A DNA stretch of 64,000 nt from Planctomycetota bacterium (GTDB lineage Bacteria; Planctomycetota; UBA1135; UBA2386). How positions within the stretch are numbered: position 1 is the stretch's first letter; the number at the start of each line of letters is the position of its first letter. The notes beneath the pieces are model-generated. The model was not told where the DNA came from and made no database searches. It saw nothing but the letters and a program-made list of their open reading frames with translations. The position numbers were made by a program, and so were the translations under genes. The stretch is taken from assembly GCA_965228735.1 (NCBI GenBank), contig OZ245838.1, positions 1,664,001 to 1,728,000 of the forward strand, read 5' to 3'. Shown piece by piece: positions 56,604 to 64,000 of the stretch.

Positions 56604-56680
56604 CGGGCCGTAGCGCAGTCTGGTAGCGCACCTGGTTTGGGACCAGGTGGTCGGAGGTTCGAATCCTCTCGGCCCGACCA
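56604..56680 (+). tRNA. tRNA-Pro (UGG)
   Basis: CGGGCCG/CGGCCCG acceptor stem, CCTGG-TTTGGGA-CCAGG anticodon arm, GGTTCGAATCC, CCA. Confidence 0.97.
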
Positions 56681-56760
56681 ATCTCAATCTGCTGAACGAC
56701 CCGCGTTCGCGACGAACCGCCCTCTGAGGCGAGCGGCAGCCTGGACCCAAGGAGATCGGG

Positions 56761-56904
56761 ACTGTCTCGAGCAAGGCTCGCGCCCCCCGCCAGAGCCTGC
56801 AATCCACGGGTCAGTGGCGCGTTCGATTCGACGGCCGCGCCTTCTACCTCGGCACCGACGAGGATGCCGCGATGGATTGGTTCCATGAACTGCGTCAGCA
56901 ATGA
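56761..56904 (+). pseudogene. probable N-terminal fragment of a tyrosine integrase
   Basis: Frame reads ..KARAPRQSLQSTGQWRVRFDGRAFYLGTDEDAAMDWFHELRQQ*, 80 bp after tRNA-Pro. Confidence 0.55.
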
Positions 56905-56969
56905 AAAGCCGGCGCGCTCCCGACCCCCAGTGCGAGGAGCCGGATCGCCGGGTCCACCGCCAAGATCCC

Positions 56970-56995
56970 TGTAAGGCGGCAGTCGGCACTCCGTC
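56970..56995 (+). promoter_or_regulatory. putative ECF promoter upstream of copZ
   Basis: TGTAAG-N16-CGTC, recurring at 57324 and 60289. Confidence 0.7.
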
Positions 56996-57024
56996 CGCGG
57001 GGTCGTTCCAACCCAAGATTCGAG

Positions 57025-57300
57025 ATGACAGATCCAACGACTGACAACGACCCCAAGACCACGCTTCTCACGATCGGAGGCATGACGTGTGGCGGCTGCG
57101 TCCGCCGCGTCCACGACGCCCTTGCCGGCCTCCAGGGTGTACGAAACGTCGCGGTTCACTTCGCCCGAAAGGAAGCCGTGGTCACCCATGATCCGAGCGT
57201 CCTCGCAGCCGACCTCGTGCAGGCAATCGGCAACGCGGGCTACGAGGCATCGGGAGCGCCCCCGACTGCAGACCGGCACGATCGCGCACTGCCTGAGTGA
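57025..57300 (+). CDS. copZ: HMA-domain copper chaperone
   Basis: GMTCGGC in a single HMA domain. Confidence 0.88.
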   Translation: MTDPTTDNDPKTTLLTIGGMTCGGCVRRVHDALAGLQGVRNVAVHFARKEAVVTHDPSVLAADLVQAIGNAGYEASGAPPTADRHDRALPE

Positions 57301-57323
57301 CACACCGCTGCCGCCGCGATTCG

Positions 57324-57349
57324 CGTAATGGGATCGCGTGTCCGGCGTC
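57324..57349 (+). promoter_or_regulatory. putative ECF promoter upstream of copA (possibly leaderless)
   Basis: CGTAAT-N16-CGTC, with ATG 57358 following 8 nt later. Confidence 0.55.
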
Positions 57350-57357
57350 AGCCGGGC

Positions 57358-59643
57358 ATGACTACGCTACTTGCCGTGTCCGCGCCCGAGGAGCGGACGG
57401 TTCTCGACCTCACTGGCATGACCTGCGCTGCCTGCGTCGTTCGCGTGGAGCGAGCGATCCGCAAGGTGGCCGGCGTCACCGACGTCGCGGTCAACCTGGC
57501 GACCCAACAGGCTTTGGTGGCCTTCGAGGCCGGGCGAACCACGCGAGCGGGAATCACGAGCGCCATCGAGGGCGCCGGCTACGGAGTCCTGGCGGAGCCA
57601 CAGGCCGCGGCGGCAGTCGACCGCTCGGAGCACGAGCGCCAGGAGCGGCGATCGCTCCAACGGGACCTTCTCGTCGCCGGCGCGGCAACGCTCCCCCTGC
57701 TGGTGTTGGGGATGTCCCACGGTGCGCTGCCGTTCGCCGAGACCGACGCCGGCCGCACGCTCCAGTTCGCGCTCGGCTCGATCGTCCTGTTCGGGCCCGG
57801 CCGTCGCTTCCTGCGGGGCGGCCTGACCGCGCTACGTCACGGAAGTCCCGACATGAACACCCTCGTGTCGCTCGGCGCGGCCGCCGCCTGGCTGTGGTCG
57901 ACGGTCGCCACATTCGCGCCGTCCTGGTTCACGCACGGCGCGCACGAGGCCCCGCACGTGTACTTCGAGGCCGCCGGCGCGATCATCGCGTTCGTCCTGT
58001 TCGGCAAGTTCCTCGAGTCGCGCGCCCGCTGGCGCCTGGGTGACGCGGTCCGCGCCCTTCACGCCCTGGAGCCCGCGGTCGCGCACCGAATCGACGACCT
58101 CGAGGAAGGCACCGACGTTGACGTGCCCGTCGCGTCGTTGCAGCCTGGGGATACGGTCCGGGTGCGGCCCGGAGAGCGGGTTCCGGCGGATGGCGTCGTC
58201 ACGGACGGCGAGTCGGCGCTCGACGAGTCGATGCTGAGCGGCGAGAGCGTGCCGATCGACAAGGCCATCGGCAACCAGGTCGTCGGCGGCAGCATGAATA
58301 CCACCGGGGTCCTGCTCGTGCGGATCCAGCGCACCGGTGCGGAAACCGCGCTTTCGCGGATCACGGCTGCCGTCGAACAGGCTCAAGGCAGCAAGGCGCC
58401 GATCGCCAGGTTCGCCGATCGCGTGAGCGCCGTCTTCGTTCCAATCGTGTTGGGTCTTGCGCTGATCACGTTCGCCACCTGGTGGCTGCTCGACCCAACG
58501 TGGACCGGCGTCGCCACGGCCGTCGAGTACATGGTCGCCGTGCTGGTGATCGCCTGCCCATGTGCGCTCGGCCTGGCCACCCCGGCTGCGGTCGCCGTCG
58601 GCGCCGGCCGAGGCGCAGAACTCGGCGTGCTGTTCCGGACCGGTGCGGCACTCGAGGCGGCGAGCCACATCGACGCGATCTACCTCGACAAGACCGGCAC
58701 GCTGACCAACGGCCGCCCGTCGCTCGTCGCCATCGAACCGCACCCGGGCACAACGGAGGAGCAGCTGTTACGCGAAGCGGCTTCGATCGAACGGGGCAGC
58801 GAGCACCCGTTCGCCCGCGCCGTGGTCGATGCAGCCCGCGAACGGGGTGTCCGGCTGGCCATCGCCCATGACTTCGCCGCCATCCCCGCGATGGGCGTGC
58901 GCGGCAGAGTCGAAGGCGCGGAAGTGCTGGTCGGCAAGGCCGATTGGCTGGCCGAGCAGGGTATCGACGTCGCGCCCGCAATCGCCGCCGGCAGCGAGCT
59001 GGCAGACCGCGGAGTGACGCCACTGCTGGTCGCCCGCGACGGCCACCTGAGCGGGGTGCTCGGGGTTGCCGATGAGCTGCGGATCGATGCCGCCGATGCG
59101 GTTCGGCAGCTGCGTTCGGCAGGCGTTCGGGTCGGCATGTTGACCGGCGACCGGCGAGCCGTTGCCGACGCGGTCGCGGGCGACCTCGGTCTCGATGAGG
59201 TCGCTGCAGAGCTGCTCCCCGAAGACAAGGCGGAGCGAATCCAAGTGGCTCAGGCCGAAGGACATCGGGTGGCAATGGTCGGCGATGGCGTCAACGACGC
59301 TCCGGCCCTGGCCGTCGCCGACGTCGGGATCGCGATCGGCACCGGGACCGACGTCGCCGCCGCGGCCGCGGACGTCGCGCTGCTCCGAGGTGGGATCGCC
59401 GGTGCCCCAGTCGCCCTCGGGCTGGCCCGCGCGACGATGCGGACCATCCGTCGCAACCTGGTCTGGGCCTCGGTCTACAACGTGCTCAGTATCCCCGTCG
59501 CTGCCGGCGCTCTGTCGGGGCTGGGCGTCGGCCTGTCGCCGGTGTATGCCAGCGCCGCGATGTCCCTCTCGAGCGTGTCCGTCCTCCTCAGCAGTCTGCT
59601 TTTGCGGCGCTTTCGCGTCGCCAACGCAACAGGTGTTCGATGA
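57358..59643 (+). CDS. copA: Cu(I)-translocating P1B-type ATPase
   Basis: GMTCAAC, CPCALG, DKTGT, SEHP, GDGVND, YN and MSLSS. Alternative ATG at 57328. Confidence 0.95.
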   Translation: MTTLLAVSAPEERTVLDLTGMTCAACVVRVERAIRKVAGVTDVAVNLATQQALVAFEAGRTTRAGITSAIEGAGYGVLAEPQAAAAVDRSEHERQERRSLQRDLLVAGAATLPLLVLGMSHGALPFAETDAGRTLQFALGSIVLFGPGRRFLRGGLTALRHGSPDMNTLVSLGAAAAWLWSTVATFAPSWFTHGAHEAPHVYFEAAGAIIAFVLFGKFLESRARWRLGDAVRALHALEPAVAHRIDDLEEGTDVDVPVASLQPGDTVRVRPGERVPADGVVTDGESALDESMLSGESVPIDKAIGNQVVGGSMNTTGVLLVRIQRTGAETALSRITAAVEQAQGSKAPIARFADRVSAVFVPIVLGLALITFATWWLLDPTWTGVATAVEYMVAVLVIACPCALGLATPAAVAVGAGRGAELGVLFRTGAALEAASHIDAIYLDKTGTLTNGRPSLVAIEPHPGTTEEQLLREAASIERGSEHPFARAVVDAARERGVRLAIAHDFAAIPAMGVRGRVEGAEVLVGKADWLAEQGIDVAPAIAAGSELADRGVTPLLVARDGHLSGVLGVADELRIDAADAVRQLRSAGVRVGMLTGDRRAVADAVAGDLGLDEVAAELLPEDKAERIQVAQAEGHRVAMVGDGVNDAPALAVADVGIAIGTGTDVAAAAADVALLRGGIAGAPVALGLARATMRTIRRNLVWASVYNVLSIPVAAGALSGLGVGLSPVYASAAMSLSSVSVLLSSLLLRRFRVANATGVR

Positions 59644-60233
59644 ACTGCCACGGGCCTGATCCGGGCTCGTCGAGCGGCCTTTCGGAGCACGTGATGCACG
59701 AGTTGGTCGAGCTGCACCGCGAGTTCCTCGGCTTCGTGGAGCGCCGCGTCGGCGACCGGGCACTCGCCGAAGACCTCGTGCAGGATGCCTTCGTGAAGAG
59801 CCTCGAGCGGGGTGGCGAGCTACGCGACGACGAGTCGGCGCGAGCCTGGTTCTACCGGGTGCTGCGCAACGCCATCATCGACCGACAGCGGCGCACGAGT
59901 AGCGACAGTGGTCGGCTATTGAAGCTGGCAGGCGAGTTGAAACGGGCCGAAGAAGACCGCTCCGCAGCCGCCGACCGTGAACTCTGCCAGTGCGTCGCGC
60001 GCCTGATCGACACGTTGCCGTCCGACCAGGCCACGGTCCTTCGCCGGATCGAGCTGGACGGCATCCCGGTCAAGCAGTTCGCCGCCGAGTCGGGCATCGG
60101 CGAGAGCAACGCGGGCGTGCGCGTGTTCCGCGCCCGCAAGGCCTTGCGCGAGCGGGTTACGCGCTCCTGCGGCACCTGCGCCGAGCACGGTTGCTTCGAT
60201 TGCTCCTGCGGCAGCCAAGAGCCGCACGCCTGA
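59640..60233 (+). CDS. ECF sigma factor with Cys-rich C-terminus (CorE-like)
   Basis: AEDLVQDAF, WFYRVLRN, CQC between regions 2 and 4, C-terminal CGTCAEHGCFDCSC. No anti-sigma gene adjacent. Confidence 0.88.
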   Translation: MNCHGPDPGSSSGLSEHVMHELVELHREFLGFVERRVGDRALAEDLVQDAFVKSLERGGELRDDESARAWFYRVLRNAIIDRQRRTSSDSGRLLKLAGELKRAEEDRSAAADRELCQCVARLIDTLPSDQATVLRRIELDGIPVKQFAAESGIGESNAGVRVFRARKALRERVTRSCGTCAEHGCFDCSCGSQEPHA

Positions 60234-60288
60234 CGGCCTGGCGCAGTCGCGTGTCGTCGGCTGGCGTCGCAGCGATTCTCGGCCCTCG

Positions 60289-60314
60289 TGTAAGGAGCGG
60301 GGATCGGCTCCGTC
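60289..60314 (+). promoter_or_regulatory. putative ECF promoter upstream of the YHS-TolC-MCO operon
   Basis: TGTAAG-N16-CGTC. Confidence 0.7.
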
Positions 60315-60395
60315 AGCGCTTGCGTGCATGGCGCAACTCCGCGCGGCGCACCGGGCCCAGCGCCCGTCCGACGACCCGATGCCAACGAGGCTCTC

Positions 60396-61103
60396 ATGTT
60401 CGCCAAGCTCCCGCTGCTCTTCCTGACCGCTGCCGTCTCCGCCCAACCGCCCTCGGCGTCGCAAGGCCCGGCTCCCCGGGACGCCGCTCCGACGGTCACC
60501 GCCCCGACCTACCCGAACTCGACATGCCCGATCATGGGCAAGAAGGCCTCGCTGCCGCTGTTCGCGGACACCGAGTTCGGCCGGATCTACGTGTGCTGCA
60601 AGCCGTGCATCCGCAAGGTCCACGCCGACGTCCAGACGGCCTACGAGACCGCATACCCCGCGACCAAGGACCTGCCGAACAAGGTATGCCCGGTATCCGG
60701 GGAGCCGATCGGCAAGCAGGCTGCCTCGGTCCTCCTGCAAGGGATGCGAATCCAGCTCTGCTGCGAGGGTTGCCTCGCCGAAGCGAGACAACACGCGCAA
60801 GTCACCCTCACGAAGGCACACGATCCGAAGATCGAGGATCTCCGGAACCAGCGATGCCCGGTCGACGGCCAGCCCGTCCAACCGAACGCGTTCGCGGTCA
60901 TCGGCGCGACCGTCATCCGGCTCTCCGCGCCGTCGCATCTGGCCCGAGTGCAGAAGGAGCCACAGGCGCAGCTCGACAAGGCGCGTGCGGATCGGAAGAC
61001 AGACGGTCCGAAGCCCGAACACCGGCATCGGCCGGGGTCGCAGCCGGTGAAGATCGTTGTCGGCACGCAAGCCGCGCCATCAACAGGCAAGGAGGGCAAA
61101 TGA
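60396..61103 (+). CDS. exported protein with three YHS/TRASH-like metal-binding repeats
   Basis: CPIMG..CCKPC, CPVSG..CCEGC, CPVDG..LSAPSH. Confidence 0.8.
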   Translation: MFAKLPLLFLTAAVSAQPPSASQGPAPRDAAPTVTAPTYPNSTCPIMGKKASLPLFADTEFGRIYVCCKPCIRKVHADVQTAYETAYPATKDLPNKVCPVSGEPIGKQAASVLLQGMRIQLCCEGCLAEARQHAQVTLTKAHDPKIEDLRNQRCPVDGQPVQPNAFAVIGATVIRLSAPSHLARVQKEPQAQLDKARADRKTDGPKPEHRHRPGSQPVKIVVGTQAAPSTGKEGK

Positions 61104-61279
61104 GCCATAGTCGTCATGCCGCGCGCTGGCTCGCGGCGTTCTTTCTCGCCAGTTGCACCGCGAGCCCACCCATGCCCGACCCCCCTTCGGACCACCCAGC
61201 TTCGGTGAAGAGCGAAAGCTCACCACGCGCGCCCCGATCCGAAGCCCTGTCGATTCCTGATCCGGAGAACAAGCGATGA
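61100..61279 (+). CDS. small lipoprotein
   Basis: GGAGG RBS, lipobox LASC, translationally coupled on both sides. Confidence 0.7.
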   Translation: MSHSRHAARWLAAFFLASCTASPPMPDPPSDHPASVKSESSPRAPRSEALSIPDPENKR

Positions 61280-62709
61280 GATCCCCGGCAATTCTCTCGG
61301 CGACCGTCCTCGCAGGGCTCGCCGCCTGCACCAACGTCGACGCGACTCACCGCACATCGACACTCGAGGTGCAAGGCGCCCTCGCGACCCGGACCGGATT
61401 CGCGCCGGATCGGCGCGCGGATGACTCGGATGCCGTGATCCGCGCGGCCGTGGACGAACTGCTGCGCAACGACCTGACCGAGGAGAACGCCGTGCGCATC
61501 GCCTTGCTCAACAACCACGATGTACGCGCTGGCTACGAACGGCTCGGCATCGCGGCAGCCGACCTCGTAAGGGCCGGGCTGCTGCGCAATCCGGTGTTCG
61601 GTGGCGAAGCCCTGCTGGGCTTCGGCGGCGGAACCGAGATCGCCCTGGGCCTGGCGCAGCCGTTCGTCGACCTGTTCTGGCGTCCGCTGCGCCAGCGCGC
61701 GACCGAGCACGAGCTTCAGGCCACAGTCGCGTCAGTGACTCGCGAGCTCGTGGAGCTGACCTTCAGAGTTCGCCGCGAACTGGTGCGGGTGCGCACGGCC
61801 GCGCAGTTGGTCACCTCGCAGCGACGTTCATTGGCCGCGGCGCAGGCCGCGCACGAACTCATGCAGACGCTCGCCAACGCTGGCAATGTGGTCGGCGCGC
61901 AGTTGTCCTCCGCGCGCCTCGCGGAGGCACGTGCCCGGTTCGATCTGGCGGACGCCGAGCGGGCCGCCATCGAAGTGCGTGAACCACTGAACTCACTGCT
62001 GGGCCTTTGGGGCAGCAGCATCGCCTGGCGCGTGGCGGAAGCCGCGGCGTCTCCAGCTTTCGACCCCGGCGAACGGCCTCCCGTCGAATGGGGTCAGGTC
62101 GAAGCACGAGCGATCGGGGCCAGCCTCGCCCTGGTCGAGAACCGGGCCCGCATCGACGCGGCGGCCCAAGGTGCGCAGATCCGATCGTGGTCTCGCTGGC
62201 TTCCCGACGCCGTGATCGCGGTGTCGGCACGGCGAGATGTGTCGGGTCCGGAAGCGCTGGGCCCGGCGCTGGCCGTGGAGCTCCCGGTCTTCGACGACGG
62301 CAGTGCCGCGACCGCCGCTGCCCGTTCACGAGTCAGGCTGCTCATGCATCGCCACGCGCAGATCGCCATCGAGGTGCGAGCCCTCGCGCGCGTGCTTGCT
62401 GAGCGCAGCGATCGCATTGAGGCACGAGCGCGTTTCACCGAGCTGGTGTACTTGCCGGCCCAGGACCGCCTGCTGCATGAAACGATGCAGAACTACAACG
62501 CGATGCAGATCGGCGCCTTCGACGTCATCGCGCAGAAACTCCGCCAGCTCGAAGCGGTCCGCGAGGCCCTCTTGGCCTCGAGCGATGCTCGTTTGGCACG
62601 CCTGGACCTCGAGGAACTGCTGGCCGGAGGCCAATCCCGAGGCGTCACGACACCCGCTCTGTCGACCGGCAACTCCCGTCCGGACGACAGCAACCGAGGA
62701 GAACACTGA
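61276..62709 (+). CDS. TolC-family outer-membrane lipoprotein
   Basis: Lipobox LAAC, AVRIALLNN, AGLLRNP, ELPVFD, YNAMQIG. Confidence 0.88.
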   Translation: MRSPAILSATVLAGLAACTNVDATHRTSTLEVQGALATRTGFAPDRRADDSDAVIRAAVDELLRNDLTEENAVRIALLNNHDVRAGYERLGIAAADLVRAGLLRNPVFGGEALLGFGGGTEIALGLAQPFVDLFWRPLRQRATEHELQATVASVTRELVELTFRVRRELVRVRTAAQLVTSQRRSLAAAQAAHELMQTLANAGNVVGAQLSSARLAEARARFDLADAERAAIEVREPLNSLLGLWGSSIAWRVAEAAASPAFDPGERPPVEWGQVEARAIGASLALVENRARIDAAAQGAQIRSWSRWLPDAVIAVSARRDVSGPEALGPALAVELPVFDDGSAATAAARSRVRLLMHRHAQIAIEVRALARVLAERSDRIEARARFTELVYLPAQDRLLHETMQNYNAMQIGAFDVIAQKLRQLEAVREALLASSDARLARLDLEELLAGGQSRGVTTPALSTGNSRPDDSNRGEH

Positions 62710-64000
62710 TGAAAAGCAACCGACGACAGTTCTTTGCCGGATCCGTACTGGCCGGCTTCGCGGGCATGTTGCCTGTCTCTCTTGCCAACCCCCAGTCCCC
62801 GGCGAACGGCGCGCCGCCGCCCGGTTTACCAGGTGTGCACTACCGGCCCGTCGAGGTCCCGGATGGTGTGGTCCTGCCGTGGCGCATCGTCGACGGTGCG
62901 AAGGTGTTCCATCTGACGGCCGAAGAGGTCGAGCACGAGTTTGCGCCGGGTCTCACGACACGCTGCTGGGGCTACAACGGCCGCGTGCACGGCCCGACCA
63001 TCGAGGCGGTCGAGGGCGACCGCCTACGCATCTACGTGACCAACCGCCTGGACGTCGCCACTTCCGTGCACTGGCACGGCTTGCTCCTGCCGAACGGCAT
63101 GGACGGCGTCGCCGGCCTGACGCAGCGTGCGATCGAGCCAGGCGAGACGTTCCGCTACGAGATCACGCTGCGGCAGCACGGCACGTTCATGTTCCACTCG
63201 CACCACGACGAGATGACGCAGATGGCGCTCGGCATGATGGGCATGTTCGTCGTGCATCCGCGCGAGCCGCAGGGACCGCTGCCCGACCGCGACTTCGTCT
63301 ACATGATCGGCGAATGGTCCGTGCGGCCCGGCATGCGTCGCCCGGACCCCAACGAGATGACGGACTTCAACGTCCTGACGCTGAACGGCCGCGTCTTCCC
63401 CGGGACATCGCCGATGGTGGTGAAGACCGGGGATCGCGTGCGGGTTCGCATCGGCAACTTGAGCGCGATGGACCACCACCCCATGCACCTGCACGGACAC
63501 GCGTTCGAGGTCGTCGAGACCGACGGCGGCAGGGTGCCGGTGACTGCGCGGTGGCCAGAGACGACGGTTCTGGTTCCGACGGGGTCGACCCGGACATTCG
63601 AGTTCGTCGCGGATGCGGCGGGCGACTGGGCGTTCCACTGCCACATGACGCACCACGTGATGACCCAGATGGGGCATGGCATGCCCAACTTGATCGGCGT
63701 CGATCCGAGCCTCTTCGACCAGAGGCTCGCCGAAGTCGTGCCGGAGTTCGCCGCGATGGGGCACACCGGCGGACACCACGGGGAAGACACGACGATGCCG
63801 CCCAACAGTCTGCCGATGATGGGCGGGACGGCTGGATTCGGCTACGTCACGATGGGCGGCATGCTGACGGTGCTGAAGGTACGCGACCGGCTCACGGATC
63901 ACGCCGATCCGGGTTGGTTCGGGCATCCGGACGGCACCGTCGCGCGACCCGCGTCTGCGGCGGAACTCGAGCAGGATGGAGTCCGAGTCGGACATGGCGA
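62709..64000 (+). CDS. multicopper oxidase with Tat signal (3' end at or beyond the window edge)
   Basis: Not in the ORF track. NRRQFF signal, VHWHG, FHSH, HPMHLHGH, FHCHMTHH, Met/His-rich tail. Confidence 0.93.
   Translation, partial: MKSNRRQFFAGSVLAGFAGMLPVSLANPQSPANGAPPPGLPGVHYRPVEVPDGVVLPWRIVDGAKVFHLTAEEVEHEFAPGLTTRCWGYNGRVHGPTIEAVEGDRLRIYVTNRLDVATSVHWHGLLLPNGMDGVAGLTQRAIEPGETFRYEITLRQHGTFMFHSHHDEMTQMALGMMGMFVVHPREPQGPLPDRDFVYMIGEWSVRPGMRRPDPNEMTDFNVLTLNGRVFPGTSPMVVKTGDRVRVRIGNLSAMDHHPMHLHGHAFEVVETDGGRVPVTARWPETTVLVPTGSTRTFEFVADAAGDWAFHCHMTHHVMTQMGHGMPNLIGVDPSLFDQRLAEVVPEFAAMGHTGGHHGEDTTMPPNSLPMMGGTAGFGYVTMGGMLTVLKVRDRLTDHADPGWFGHPDGTVARPASAAELEQDGVRVGHG

Overview
A high-GC bacterial window, most likely Planctomycetota, inferred from the DUF1549/DUF1553 plus DUF1501 pair, a membrane-anchored ECF sigma factor and many secreted orphan proteins. 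It holds about 47 CDS and three tRNA genes: His(GUG) on the minus strand, Lys(CUU) and Pro(UGG) on the plus strand. Housekeeping content includes ispA-dxs-nadK, coaD, ridA, comEC, a PNP-like gene plus purN, and a sugar ABC operon. Accessory content includes a ~0.8-kb islet at tRNA-His bounded by a duplicated tRNA 3' end, and a copper-resistance cluster downstream of tRNA-Pro (copZ, copA, Cys-tailed ECF sigma, YHS-repeat protein, TolC-like protein, multicopper oxidase). The most unusual items are: (1) an MglA-family small GTPase fused to a complete histidine kinase, with Ser at the position of MglA's Arg53 finger; (2) an unannotated intergenic RNA-like element with three hairpins sharing a UGGGGG loop and ending in an intrinsic terminator; (3) a GTAA(G/T)-N16-CGTC promoter motif present three times in the copper cluster; (4) an integrase-less tRNA-His mini-element with matching 19-bp internal repeats; (5) a C-terminal domain shared by otherwise unrelated secreted proteins; (6) a PNP homologue lacking its catalytic residues. 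All product calls come from manual motif recognition, with no database searches, and start codons are best estimates.
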